A model generated the notes under the pieces. It was not told where the DNA came from and searched no databases. It was given only the letters and a program-made list of their open reading frames with translations. From the IMG/VR virus record IMGVR_UViG_3300044535_002275, positions 1 to 64,000 of that record: a stretch of DNA of 64,000 nucleotides. One strand, 5' to 3'. Shown here one piece after another: positions 40,501-47,614 of this stretch (positions are counted from its first letter, which is position 1; the number at the start of each line of letters is the position of its first letter). The DNA comes from a virus. The translations under genes and the position numbers were made by a program.

Positions 40501-42458
40501 ACGGTCATGGATTCCCTACTGCTGCTTTGAGATTCACATATCTTCCAGCTACATTGTCATACAGTTTTGACGGCTTGTTGGAAAATACAGTATCCATTAG
40601 AGTATGGAATCAGACTTTGGGGTTTGAATTAAATCCTGTTACTAATTATTCTATTAATTGGAATAATCTCAGTATCTCTATTAATTCAGGTGTGTCCAAC
40701 GGACAAATTATTGTTGTAACTGCTTATGGATTGGGCGGTGGCAATCAGTTGTATAACAATTCTTACAACGGAGTTGAGGTTGGAAATTCTCTGATACTGC
40801 CAGTGGCTACCAGTTTGATTAATGAAATGGTGATATTTGTAAACGGTCAGCTGATAACAAGCTACACCTACTCTGTCTATGAAACTTATGAAACAAGAGT
40901 TGAGTTCAGTAATACATATACCGCCAGCGACTATGTGGTTGTTTCAGTGTTGGGAGTTTCGACACCGATTGCTGGACGATCATGGAGTACACCGCAGACT
41001 CAATATTTCTTATCTGCAGGAGAATTGGCCTATACTTTGTCAAATAGTTTATCTGGCACAAACCCAGCTAATCTTATTGTAGAGAAAAACGGTATCAGAG
41101 CCCGACCTGCTGAAAGTGTTGAGTATATCGATGACGGCTCTAGCCTGCAATTCTATCTACCGACCAGAGGTGGATATAGTCAAGGCTTGGTATCTGACAA
41201 CGATGTAACAGTCTATATCGATAATACTCCCTTAACATTAGGCACAGAGTTTGTAGTAGATCCGTGGGACGGTGTTACTCCGCGTACAGTTACACTAACT
41301 GCACCTCCTCCGGCTGGATCAATTGTGCTAATTTCTGTGCGAACTGCTGCTCAATATTATCTGTCAGGAAATACCTTAATTTGGAAAAATTCTGGATCAC
41401 TTATTCCAGTAGCAGGAGATATTATTTCTGTTACAACATGGAATGATACTTCAGAGCAAGGCATATTAACGCAGGTGTTTGCCGGGCCCACTTCAGAAGG
41501 CGTACAAATAACACAACCGTACGATACAACAGACTTTGACCTTGCTACAGTCACAGGTGATCCAGGATCATTTGATTATAGCGAAGGTACTATTACGCAA
41601 ACTAATTCGTTTGATACTGGTAGAGAAATATTAAATTCGTCTCGGTTAGAAGTTTCGTTAGATGGCATCTATCTATTTGAAGGTATAGGATATTCAGTCA
41701 ACGGTTCTATAGTAAACATTGCTGGCGCACCAATCAGTGCTGCTCAAATTGTTGCTATCACCAGTTTTACCCAAACTGTGGTACCTGGAGAAATTGGATT
41801 TAGAATTTTCCAAGACATGAGAGGACTGCAATCTACCTATAGAATTAATGAACTAGCCACAACAGAATTAGCACAGCCTCTTTCTGCTACTGATGAAATA
41901 ATCTATGTAGTTAATGCTGAGGCTTTGGCCGAGCCTAACTTAGAACTAGGTTTATTTGGATTAATAACAATCAATGGCGAACGTATATCATATCGTACAC
42001 GAAATTTGGCAAACAACACCTTAAGCGGATTGCGTCGAGGTACTGCCGGAACTGCTGCCGACAGTCATATTTCAGGTGCCGAGGTATACGATATCGGACG
42101 AGGAGAATTGTTGCCTAGAGAAGATCAAGATTATATACAATCACAAGATTATCTAGCCAACGGAACTACTACAGTTTTTGTAACTGATGATATTGTGTTA
42201 ACTGGGCTTACGGTGGCGCAACAAAATCGTGCTGTAGAAGTCTATGTTGGTGGATTGTTGCAATCGGGCGGATACCAGGTAACTAGTGTTGCTCCAGTTG
42301 CAGTTGCATTTAATACTGCTCCTACTGCCAACTATCAAGTAACACTATTAGTGCGCCGCGGAGTCAGTTGGTATACTCCGGGTCCAGGTACTGCTAGCGA
42401 TGGTGTTCCCTTACAAGAACAGCAGACTACAGCCGCAAGGTTTATCCGTGGTGATTAA
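28527..42458 (+). CDS. Giant (4643 aa) baseplate/virion structural protein, gp7-like position, with seven FG-GAP-like repeats
   Basis: Follows gp6; FLKSKGT and YIKEVKPYH motifs; many repeated beta-rich modules; FG-GAP-like blades at about 35320-37590. Confidence 0.75.
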   Translation: MATRRTVDLLPEIFRTDTNRKFLGATLDQLTQEPNLIRTQGYVGRRVGPGVNPADNYVVESTAARTDYQLEPGVIFLQPETTRAIDAITYPGMLDALNLQGADTTRQDRLFKSQYYSWDPFCDLDKFVNYNQYYWLPAGPDSVDIFGTPIALTDSWEITRIDTGYTFSDIAGENPVLTLVRGGNYTFDVNQPGNNFWIQAAPGINGKMPYANNISSRDVLGVINNGEDQGSVQFNVPLKSAQDFYYSLSSIGEVDLVTDLKFNQINNVYVDQFFAQYPNGIDGISDLNGRTIVFTNTIADAEAGGWEVTTQFDPLVRTAPVDQPDPLNGFPGSYDVELFDQTTAITNQSQRYSVWQIQYVLDNQGNAYMQLGSIRLVPNLSKFTVLFGTVNASTQWYKNASGFFEQIPLLTAVLDTLWYQDGTNPEIFGRIKLVDAGQELIIDANDIVGAKNYTSPNGVTLTNGLKVQFRGEVAPAQFQNLEYYVEGVGTGPGIDVRVGFIDGEAYFGPSHIYQGRRMTGNVHSDLVFQQYIYDTVEESLVNVGSGAPEGAPLATQGQLGANIGNGIKLLPVTEFVTPEKYTRSATIPYDSTPYDASPYDARLNAPQNSDYITINRAGRDLNAWTRSNRWFHIEVIRATADYNNQTLVLDNSLRAKRPIIEFRAGLNLYNFGTQGKTPVNVVDFTVTDAFSTINGQLGYSTDGYTFLQGSRVIFAADTDPAVRNQIWEVTFIDPNNSGIKIIDLVPVVNGLALRNQTVVVLSGNLQQGKSYWFDGAVWQPAQEKTQINQPPLFDVFDNDGNSFGDLSVYPSSTFNGSQLFGYAIGTGRTDDILGFPLRYLNINNVGDIVFENYLYTDSFLYVEDNVSEELAVSSGFIRQYIDRVTFTDEIGWQTAAAPSQSRQLFKFSYDELPLELDIAVDTNTTFTPLQIFVEGTFIDPENYVYETTATTTVITLLLDIPVGTVIEVQALSNQASTVGFYQVPANLENNPLNENSDSFTLGTIRTHYESIGQNLRNIEGPINGANNSRDLGNILRYGDVIIQNSSPVALTGVFLRQQQFELFSALDFNNQEYAKFKNLLLDLTTRGDFENFTPTQILDIVLQEISLGRSELSPFYWSDMLPAGETFTENTYTYSVISTPVFDTLQTYDFESSNFKGLLVFLNGSLLTKDYEYIVSDDSPTLTITAPLAIGDSIRIREYPTTYGSYVPNTPTKIGLYPSFKPAIYIDETYLSPRAVIRGHDGSITVAFSDVRDQVLLEFETRIFNNLKIQSTVPLVAADVTPGQFRTTDYTLTEINQILSTDFLSWIGWNKLDYTSQTYLENNPFTYNYSQSANVLTKAPSIGAWRGIYNYFYDTYTPNTTPWEMLGLAEEPSWWQEEYGPGPYTSGNTVLWDDLAAGIIRDPQGAYIDPRYVRPELLSVLPVGSEGELLNPLDCTVGNFDATSFRRSWVFGDDGPVENAWRTSSAWPFAVMRLLALTNPAKFFSLFADRDRYVYNPAIEQFLWDGRYRLDAKKLTPLYGNGVSKASYLDWIIDYNRQLGLNSTNKLTLTLNNIDVRLCWRTGSFTDKRYLKILTERSAPDSQNTSFVLPDESYQLLLYKNQPFERIIYSSVVVQKTESGYVVLGYSNQDPYFEALVSRPGPNSVDIAAGNVSVRLSTDYTDNTVRIPYGFEFSNTTGVCDFLAGYGQLLEQQGLIFENRENGYTLNWLQMAQEFLYWTQQGWAVGSIINLNPAATSISIERPQAVVDSINTYTPENIILNQNRQALPVSELIVDRLDNLFRVTTTTSNTINYIQLKFTAFEHLVVIDNRSIFADLIYQPVTGVRQSRVLVSGWLSGDWTGRLNAPGFILNQDNIVEWVPNRKYAKGEIVLFKNEYWAAGTIIQPSQQFNYNEWVKSDYADIQKGLLPNAANASDQLSTAYSVYDANLESEVDLFSYGLIGFRPREYMQALNLDDVSQVNLYQQFLKSKGTLQSAELFSLADLGKETAEYNIYEYWAILRSAYGATANRSYFELLLNQALLPSDPSLVQVVLPGQESPADQAILLQNVWKSSTKLTSPNILPTSVPAETDRNLPSAGYPNLEDVDITAFDLVAVENSDALIGDIGVGTTIWVAKVNNYDWNVYRAQLVNAGITQVSDNLEGRALVEFDSVHGLTTGDLLVIKFFNDEINGIYRVGAIPSITTLLIDYVFTGLQTTFTGTGIGFTLETARVSQASDIVNLPYAKQLPPGVRIWVDNNGNGRWTVIEKTDPFTSPFTVVPDAIVENSRFGASVAQGFQNLSSLVGAPGYNPSGLAAAPGAVYTYVKTDANTYKQNSILQLGTTGTAGYGNAIDMGDQQWAIIGASDSLSGQGYASIVYRNPASNVFQQWQILSIDSGSIVTAADEFGYSVTMSQDERWIYVGAPAGNRVYAYGRVDYQTQSVEYIAGASQNLYNYTDHIVIDIDDQIVVANGTVLLTLGIDYLVSGQNIAFPVPPLAGSLITISRRNSASFLGDGSTTSFNLDMLYSATNDYSVSVEVDGILQRPVTDYSVDGSKNLVFVAAPVDQSEIFVRAQTYFTPVATITASGLSASDRFGHSISTTTDGRHLLVGAPDRTYTDPVTSEVYVEAGAVYVFDRSAQNFQVTDASDQTYTTELPLVTPTQVLLNNAALINSSGSIGGQYSTAGQTVTVTASLSVGDIISVETNQFNLVQVIRSDQVDAGSKFGYKVDQCVNDCSLYVGSPFADSVLPESGKVEFNINQSRFYGTITSTIANPTLTTGDFVRINNFFVEITGTTIEQLVEDINNAALPNVQASSTPNLTLIANGTTKSFDVGSIYSAAESYTTVVYVNDVLQTSGVNYNYSSATQQITFTIAPESGSRIVVVSGRITVSAKNVQAAPALSKLIVSPGTGTAFIDIGWPIYAWQQTIVSPVEQDFAHFGESIFISDNTVTLVIGAPNGTAIQFDTFDNDTTTFDADSITFFDTVPQSGVVYTYDYLPSSTQSVTNPAQFVFGQQIFDNSINSLDQFGASIDYTTGTLLVGSPGSDFSDSQANYGRIVELINPDQSSAWVVTRTQQPVVDIDLLNTVYMYDRVSNNTKQYFDYFDPLQGRLLGAVAQNIDYIGAVDPAAYNVGPVGNYGSSWTQERVGEIWWDISTVRFLDTNQDDVVYASRRWGQIFPGSVVRVSQWIASSVPPTEYTGPGVPVNLFSYVISTSLNEQGIFGTTYYFWVTGISTVNRAAKKTLSIETITQYINSPKSSGISYIAPINASTVAIYNGLSYISAEDTVLHIEYDQQINDDAVHVEYQLVPQDREDGFLSDSLYLKMQDSLCGVDTQGNLVPDPFLSISEQYGVQARPRQSMFVNRFAALRNYLGRSNTVLKQFPIAETRRFNLLNSQEPEPSSFSGAWDFRVANYEELTYQNLSEVPFGYRYLVANDSTNRGLWTIYQTVPGVIPGSKELTLVRVQNYDTKQFWSYIDWYLPGYNPLTRILIEVPTYSALDTISVPNGSSVKVTANAQGKFEIYQYLNNEWVRVALQDGTIEFSSTLWNYIEGRFGFDTEVFDAQFFDQEPVIETRKIIQAINQELFIGELLIERNRLLILMFNYILSEQQAPTWLTKTSLIDVDHTIRDLVPFQNYRRDNQDFVVDYIKEVKPYHVQIREFNLIYKGFDQYNGTVNDFDLPAFWDPAQNLFISPVLDNVGNLSTTSSFAATDPIWTTFPWNQWYQNYLLSIESVSVVNGGSGYTVPPVVIVVGEAEVTAEMTARINSAGSVISIDVVNPGSGYSTTAEIILEGGNGTGAQAVAVMGNPLVRDIVTTIKYDRYQYQTDIVTWQSGVSYDNGTLVRFDNRVWSASSDDSSAVSGDSFDPQQWTLVPAGNLTGVDRTMGYYVPTVNQPGLDLALLISGVDYPGVQVAGPNFSQNTGFDVGNFDINPFDNIAFGPEGLPTYDPAILDAIYESEFTDPYLGIGPTAINIDGGEFVDTYSSHAPEELVPGAIFDTLDIRVFTTPGSDWVGDGHGFPTAALRFTYLPATLSYSFDGLLENTVSIRVWNQTLGFELNPVTNYSINWNNLSISINSGVSNGQIIVVTAYGLGGGNQLYNNSYNGVEVGNSLILPVATSLINEMVIFVNGQLITSYTYSVYETYETRVEFSNTYTASDYVVVSVLGVSTPIAGRSWSTPQTQYFLSAGELAYTLSNSLSGTNPANLIVEKNGIRARPAESVEYIDDGSSLQFYLPTRGGYSQGLVSDNDVTVYIDNTPLTLGTEFVVDPWDGVTPRTVTLTAPPPAGSIVLISVRTAAQYYLSGNTLIWKNSGSLIPVAGDIISVTTWNDTSEQGILTQVFAGPTSEGVQITQPYDTTDFDLATVTGDPGSFDYSEGTITQTNSFDTGREILNSSRLEVSLDGIYLFEGIGYSVNGSIVNIAGAPISAAQIVAITSFTQTVVPGEIGFRIFQDMRGLQSTYRINELATTELAQPLSATDEIIYVVNAEALAEPNLELGLFGLITINGERISYRTRNLANNTLSGLRRGTAGTAADSHISGAEVYDIGRGELLPREDQDYIQSQDYLANGTTTVFVTDDIVLTGLTVAQQNRAVEVYVGGLLQSGGYQVTSVAPVAVAFNTAPTANYQVTLLVRRGVSWYTPGPGTASDGVPLQEQQTTAARFIRGD

Positions 42459-42475
42459 ACAGCATAAATAATATC

Positions 42476-42628
42476 ATGAACGATAATAAAGATACTAATT
42501 CTCAGCCAGCAAAACCACAAAATTCTGTGGCCACGAAGCCCAACGAAACCGGGTCGGTGTATATTGAATCCTTTATTAAGATTCATGACCCAAATACTCA
42601 AGAAGTGTTAGTGGAGAAACGAGCATGA
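42476..42628 (+). CDS. 50-aa micro-protein (missed by the ORF track)
   Basis: MNDNKDTNSQPAKPQNSVATKPNETGSVYIESFIKIHDPNTQEVLVEKRA. TAAATA 5 nt upstream; ATGA overlap with the next gene. Confidence 0.7.
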   Translation: MNDNKDTNSQPAKPQNSVATKPNETGSVYIESFIKIHDPNTQEVLVEKRA

Positions 42629-43230
42629 TGTCTTTAGGCCCAGTGACTATAGAAGGTTTTTTAAAGATATATGACCCAAACAATGGGGAAATTTTTGTTG
42701 ACAAACACAATGCAATTCATTATGAAAATATGAGTATTGCATTGGCTCAGTCCCTGGCAAATAAAAATCTAGGCTACATCTACGCCATGGCCTTTGGCAA
42801 CGGCGGATCTAGTGTGGATCCCACTGGTGTTATTACCTATTTGCCGCCGAATGTAACAGGACAAAATGCCGATCTTTATAATCAAACTTTTATTAAAGTG
42901 GTAGATGATAATAGCCCAGCAAATACTGATCCTACACGCAACAATCTTTCTGTATTGCATACATCGGGGCGAGTTTATACTGATGTTTTAGTAACTTGTT
43001 TGTTAGATTATGGTGAACCCACTGGTCAACAGGCATTTGATAACAGCACCAATTTTAATGGTGAATATGTATTTGATGAACTGGGATTAAAAGCCTGGGA
43101 AGGGACTTCAAGTGAGTTGATGTTGATTACTCATGTTATTTTTCACCCGGTACAAAAGAGCCTTAATCGTCAAATACAGATCGACTATACTGTGCGTATA
43201 CAAACACTTACTAACCTAAGTGCGACATAA
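42625..43230 (+). CDS. Virion structural/baseplate-associated protein
   Basis: NAIHYEN, MAFGNGG, FDELGL and THVIFHPVQKSLNR.I.IDYTVRI; lies in the tail cluster. Confidence 0.65.
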   Translation: MMSLGPVTIEGFLKIYDPNNGEIFVDKHNAIHYENMSIALAQSLANKNLGYIYAMAFGNGGSSVDPTGVITYLPPNVTGQNADLYNQTFIKVVDDNSPANTDPTRNNLSVLHTSGRVYTDVLVTCLLDYGEPTGQQAFDNSTNFNGEYVFDELGLKAWEGTSSELMLITHVIFHPVQKSLNRQIQIDYTVRIQTLTNLSAT

Positions 43231-43280
43231 ATATGCGTATAGAAACCTACCATAAATACTGACAGGACGGAGTAAAGAAA

Positions 43281-44642
43281 ATGGCATATACAATTAATTT
43301 AACTGATGGCACCATATTTGCTACTATTGCAGATGGTACTATCAACACCAGCTCAAGTATGATTTTAGTTGGTAAAAACTACGCTGGCTACGGTGAATTC
43401 CTAGATGAAAACTTCATTCATCTTTTGGAAAATGGATCCAACTCCGTTCCTCCAGGTGCTCCGTTAACTGGACAACTTTGGTGGGACAAAGCCAATAGTC
43501 TGATGAAAGTCTACACTGGTACAACATTTAAAACTATCAGTGCAGCTACTGCCAGTGCTACAGCGCCAACCAACAACGTCACCGGTGATATTTGGTGGGA
43601 TACTACCAATCAGCAGATGAAAGTCTGGAACGGTACTAGTTTTACTCTTGTAGGTCCTGCCAGCAGTGCTGGACAAGGAACTTCAGGTGCTATCGTAGAC
43701 ACAGTGACAGACAACGTTGCAGTTGATCATGTTGTTATCAAAATGTTTGTAAACGACGTAATTGTTGCAATCATTTCAAAAGATGCTACATTCACTCCTC
43801 AAGTTGCGCTGTCGGGCTTTGCAACCATTGGGCCCGGTATGCAACTCAGTACAACTGTCAGCAATAACTTATTCCGTGGTACTGCATCTAATTCCAGTTT
43901 GTTAGACGGAGTTGCAAGAACTGCATTTTTAAGATCTGATACCAATTCTACTACCACTGGTACTCTTGGTGTACTTAACGATACCGGTTTGACTGTAGGT
44001 GCTGACCAAGATGCTAAGATTTCTGTTTCCACAGTTACTTCTGCTGTCAACATTCAGAATCAAACACAAGATGCTAACATTGCTATTCAGGTCAATGACG
44101 GCGGTTCTACCACAACAGCATTATTAGTTAACGGTGCTACTAGCCAAGTAGGCGTATTAGGCATTACTAATCTTAACGCCAGCGGCGTAGGTAACATCGG
44201 CGCAGCAGGTGCAGCATTTAACACAGTGTTTGCTACTGCTACCACAGCTCTTTATGCTGACGTGGCAGAAAGATTTGCAGCCGACGAAGAGTATATGCCT
44301 GGAACCGTGGTTGAAATTGGTGGAGAAGCAGAAATCACCAAAGCGGTCAATGAACTGAGCGAAAATGTATTCGGGGTCATAAGTACTAGAGCTGCATATC
44401 TCATGAACTCGGGTGCAGGAACAGATTCAACTCATCCTCCTATCGCAATGACAGGTCGCGTTCCAGTAAGAGTATCGGGTATAATTCGTAAAGGTGATCG
44501 ATTAGTTGCAGCTGGTAACGGTCTGGCAAGGTCTGCTCGTGCTAACGAAGCAACTGCGTTCAACGTAATTGGTCGTGCATTAGAAAATAAGACAACCGAC
44601 GACGAGGGCGTAATCGAAGCCATAGTTACAATTAATAATTAA
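43281..44642 (+). CDS. Tail fibre-like protein with C-terminal intramolecular-chaperone/peptidase G2-like domain
   Basis: LVGKNYAGYGE...ENF.HLLEN, two G.LWWD repeats, and C-terminal YADVAERF...GVIS...AYLMN...PIAMTGRVPVRV.G...KGD.LV. Confidence 0.75.
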   Translation: MAYTINLTDGTIFATIADGTINTSSSMILVGKNYAGYGEFLDENFIHLLENGSNSVPPGAPLTGQLWWDKANSLMKVYTGTTFKTISAATASATAPTNNVTGDIWWDTTNQQMKVWNGTSFTLVGPASSAGQGTSGAIVDTVTDNVAVDHVVIKMFVNDVIVAIISKDATFTPQVALSGFATIGPGMQLSTTVSNNLFRGTASNSSLLDGVARTAFLRSDTNSTTTGTLGVLNDTGLTVGADQDAKISVSTVTSAVNIQNQTQDANIAIQVNDGGSTTTALLVNGATSQVGVLGITNLNASGVGNIGAAGAAFNTVFATATTALYADVAERFAADEEYMPGTVVEIGGEAEITKAVNELSENVFGVISTRAAYLMNSGAGTDSTHPPIAMTGRVPVRVSGIIRKGDRLVAAGNGLARSARANEATAFNVIGRALENKTTDDEGVIEAIVTINN

Positions 44643-44653
44643 CGGAACAAAAC

Positions 44654-45637
44654 ATGACTTATTCATTAGGTGGATTAATCCAAGCAGCAGATTACAATGG
44701 ATTTGTGGCCAATACTGTTGGCGCTAACGTTAACGGTATATGGGGCGCAGGATCAACCGACAGTGGTTACGGACAATCTGCATTGTCTACTGTGTCTGCA
44801 GCAGGAACTATTACAGCGACTCAGTGGGCATCGTTGGTTAATACTATAAGTTCTATGGCTAGTCATCAAGGCACTACTATTACTGCAAGATCGGCACCAG
44901 TTGCTGGTAACACAATTACTATTTTGAGCAACCTCAACACCGATCTTACTAATCTCACTACTAATCGTGGTAACGCTGCAGCATCTGGATCACAGTTTAC
45001 TGGATGGACAGGTACTGCTAGCAAAACCACAGGAACTGGATCTGGTACTACTGCTTGGACAATTACTTTTACTCATACAATTACCTGGGCAAGTGCAGCA
45101 GCAGCAAGATATTTTTTCAACGCCGGCGGCAGAATCAAATGGGAAACAAGTAAAACTGCAGATGCAACAGAAGCTGATACTGAGTGGAACGATTTGGCCA
45201 ATACCTTAGTAGGTGATATTTTTATCACCGGAGGAACAGGATCCCAGACCATTGCCGGAACATCGTACACAGGAACCACAAAAATAGGTGGAACAGGATC
45301 TCCTAACATTCTGTTGACTACAACTGGTTGGTACGATCTTACAACGTCGGATACCAACATTTACAGACAGTTTGCTGATACAGCACCTTACACTGGACAG
45401 TATATCAACATTGCGGCCAAAACAGCTGGGTCAGGAACACAATTGGTACTTACTACAACCTGGGTTGATCCCGGTGGATCAGGCGCAGGATCAACTGACG
45501 CTATTTCTGGTGGCACTGCTACTACCGGTATCTCGTTTGGTACAGCGCCAGCTACAGTGGTAACTTATTTCCCTCCTTCGGCTACTTATCTCAGCAACAC
45601 CTGGGGTACACCTACTGTTGCCGCTACAACTGCTTAA
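44654..45637 (+). CDS. Thr/Gly-rich virion structural protein
   Basis: MTY..GGLI.A.DYN, GYGQ and ARYFFNAGG.I; last gene before a terminator. Confidence 0.65.
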   Translation: MTYSLGGLIQAADYNGFVANTVGANVNGIWGAGSTDSGYGQSALSTVSAAGTITATQWASLVNTISSMASHQGTTITARSAPVAGNTITILSNLNTDLTNLTTNRGNAAASGSQFTGWTGTASKTTGTGSGTTAWTITFTHTITWASAAAARYFFNAGGRIKWETSKTADATEADTEWNDLANTLVGDIFITGGTGSQTIAGTSYTGTTKIGGTGSPNILLTTTGWYDLTTSDTNIYRQFADTAPYTGQYINIAAKTAGSGTQLVLTTTWVDPGGSGAGSTDAISGGTATTGISFGTAPATVVTYFPPSATYLSNTWGTPTVAATTA

Positions 45638-45658
45638 TTAATAAATCAAGCAATTTTG

Positions 45659-45689
45659 GTAAAGGACTTTCGATAAGTCCTTTACTTTT
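45659..45689 (+). terminator. Rho-independent terminator ending the tail operon
   Basis: Perfect 11-bp stem GTAAAGGACTT-TCGAT-AAGTCCTTTAC followed by TTTT. Confidence 0.8.
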
Positions 45690-45709
45690 ATCTACATTTA
45701 CTGTATAAT
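45681..45709 (+). promoter_or_regulatory. Sigma70-type promoter, probably producing a leaderless mRNA
   Basis: TTTACT-17 nt-TATAAT; the ATG at 45716 begins 7 nt after the end of the -10 box. Confidence 0.55.
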
Positions 45710-45715
45710 CAAAAG

Positions 45716-46024
45716 ATGGATAATAATGACCTTGTTAAACAGGCTCGTAGCCGTTTTGATCATGCAGCGGCCAAGCGAGTTCTTAAAGAAAAATACGAAG
45801 CCAAAATGTTGTTTGCTTACAACGGTGGCATGTGGAGAGCTGGTCCCGAACTGAACACAATGATTTTTACCTGCGGGCGTGTGGGAGAAATTGTTTTACC
45901 AGATTTGTACGAAACTCCAATCAAAGTTGATTCCGCTGAATTAATGAAGCTGAGCCAGGAACGCTGGAATGAACAAATGAATGCCTGGTTGATCGAACAC
46001 GAAGAATTATCTCGACTACGATGA
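45716..46024 (+). CDS. Hypothetical protein
   Basis: 102 aa; ATGA-coupled to the next gene. Confidence 0.75.
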   Translation: MDNNDLVKQARSRFDHAAAKRVLKEKYEAKMLFAYNGGMWRAGPELNTMIFTCGRVGEIVLPDLYETPIKVDSAELMKLSQERWNEQMNAWLIEHEELSRLR

Positions 46025-46824
46025 TGCGCGGCGTAGTCATATTTGCTTACAACAGTGGTGACATTGATTATCAAGCAATGGCTGCTTGGAGTGCTGGCCG
46101 CATCGCTAAACATTTAGGATTACCAACTACACTAATAACTGATATTGCTCCAACCAATTCGACTGTATTCGAAGATGTTGTTGTAACTACTGCTGAGTCG
46201 GGCGGTACCAGATACTTTGCCGATATCGGCAACAACGTAACTTGGTTCAATGGCAATCGGATGGACGTGTATAATCTGAGTCCTTATGATGAAACACTAG
46301 TGTTAGATGCGGACTATGTTGTTTGTAGTGATCAGTTAAATTTATTGTTTGATTCACCGCAAGATTTTTTAGCACCGATTACAGCATATGATATCACTGG
46401 TACACGTACATTTGATGATCTTAATTTTTTTGGCAATGTGCGTATGCCCATGGCCTGGGCCACTGTTATGAAATTTCGTCGATCCCTGTTGAGTAAAAGT
46501 GTGTTTGACATGATGTCAATGATTCGAGATCACTGGCAACACTATCGAAATTTATATGGAATTGCTAGAGCTACTTATCGCAACGACCATGCATTGAGCA
46601 TAGCCCTAAACACTCTTCACGGACATCAAGGTTGCTGGCCTAGCATTCCATGGCAATTGGCCAGTCTAGTACCAGAACATCGATTAACTCAATTAGATGA
46701 TGATAAGTTTCAGATCACATACAGTACTAGCGACAACAAACAGCGTTATATTATAATTGCTGGTCAAGATTTCCACGCCATGGGTAAACAACACTTGGGA
46801 GACATCATTGCCGGTACTAGCTGA
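46021..46824 (+). CDS. GT-A fold glycosyltransferase-like protein (GT8-like)
   Basis: RG..IFA.N....Y...A, LSPYDETLVLDADY (DxD), RND.A.SIA, C-terminal H..GK. Confidence 0.65.
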   Translation: MMRGVVIFAYNSGDIDYQAMAAWSAGRIAKHLGLPTTLITDIAPTNSTVFEDVVVTTAESGGTRYFADIGNNVTWFNGNRMDVYNLSPYDETLVLDADYVVCSDQLNLLFDSPQDFLAPITAYDITGTRTFDDLNFFGNVRMPMAWATVMKFRRSLLSKSVFDMMSMIRDHWQHYRNLYGIARATYRNDHALSIALNTLHGHQGCWPSIPWQLASLVPEHRLTQLDDDKFQITYSTSDNKQRYIIIAGQDFHAMGKQHLGDIIAGTS

Positions 46825-47614
46825 ACGAGGATATTTGATTCCTGCTATCAATACCGAGGATGTTGATTACATTGCCTGCGCAGAACAATTGGCGCAGAGT
46901 ATTAGATCTTGGCATCCAGAAGCCCGCATTTGTTTAATGACAGCTGAAACTTATCAATCCAGACAATGCGGATTGTTTGATTGGGCAGTTACTTTGCCTT
47001 ACGGCGACCAATCTACAAATAAAAAATGGAAATTAAGCAATGATTGGCAAGCAGGGTTCTGCTCGCCATTTCGCCAGACCATTAAACTTGAAGCTGACAT
47101 GCTGATTACTAGTCCTATTGATCATTGGTGGACTATGCTAGAACATCGAGACATAGTGATCTCAACAGGTGCTAGAGATTATTATGATCAGCTAGTCACT
47201 AACAGATACTATCGTGAAACATTTGATACCAACGATTTACCTGATGTATACAATGCTGTAACTTACTGGAGGCTTAGTCAAACTGCTGTAGAATTCTGGA
47301 GATTAGTTCGTGCTATATTTAAAAATTGGGAAGAATTCAAGACTTTATTAAAGTTCCCCGACGATGATCCAACAACTGACGTGGTATACGCTATGGCAGC
47401 AAAAATTATAGGCTCAGAATTAATTACCATGCCATTTGCTAGTTATCCTCGCATTGTTCACATGAAGCGCAGATTAATTGGCACACGTACAGATAATTGG
47501 ACACAAGAGCTGACTTGGGAAATTGATCAAGGACGATTAAAAATCAACACTGTTGCTCAACACGGCGCATTTCATTATCTTGTTAAAACCTGGAGACCCA
47601 ATGAACAACAATGA
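46808..47614 (+). CDS. GT-A fold glycosyltransferase-like protein, paralogue of the upstream gene
   Basis: RGY...A.N...DY...A..LA.SI, SPF.QTIKLEADM, TDVVYA, HMK. Start taken at TTG 46808 after GGAGA. Confidence 0.6.
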   Translation: MPVLAERGYLIPAINTEDVDYIACAEQLAQSIRSWHPEARICLMTAETYQSRQCGLFDWAVTLPYGDQSTNKKWKLSNDWQAGFCSPFRQTIKLEADMLITSPIDHWWTMLEHRDIVISTGARDYYDQLVTNRYYRETFDTNDLPDVYNAVTYWRLSQTAVEFWRLVRAIFKNWEEFKTLLKFPDDDPTTDVVYAMAAKIIGSELITMPFASYPRIVHMKRRLIGTRTDNWTQELTWEIDQGRLKINTVAQHGAFHYLVKTWRPNEQQ

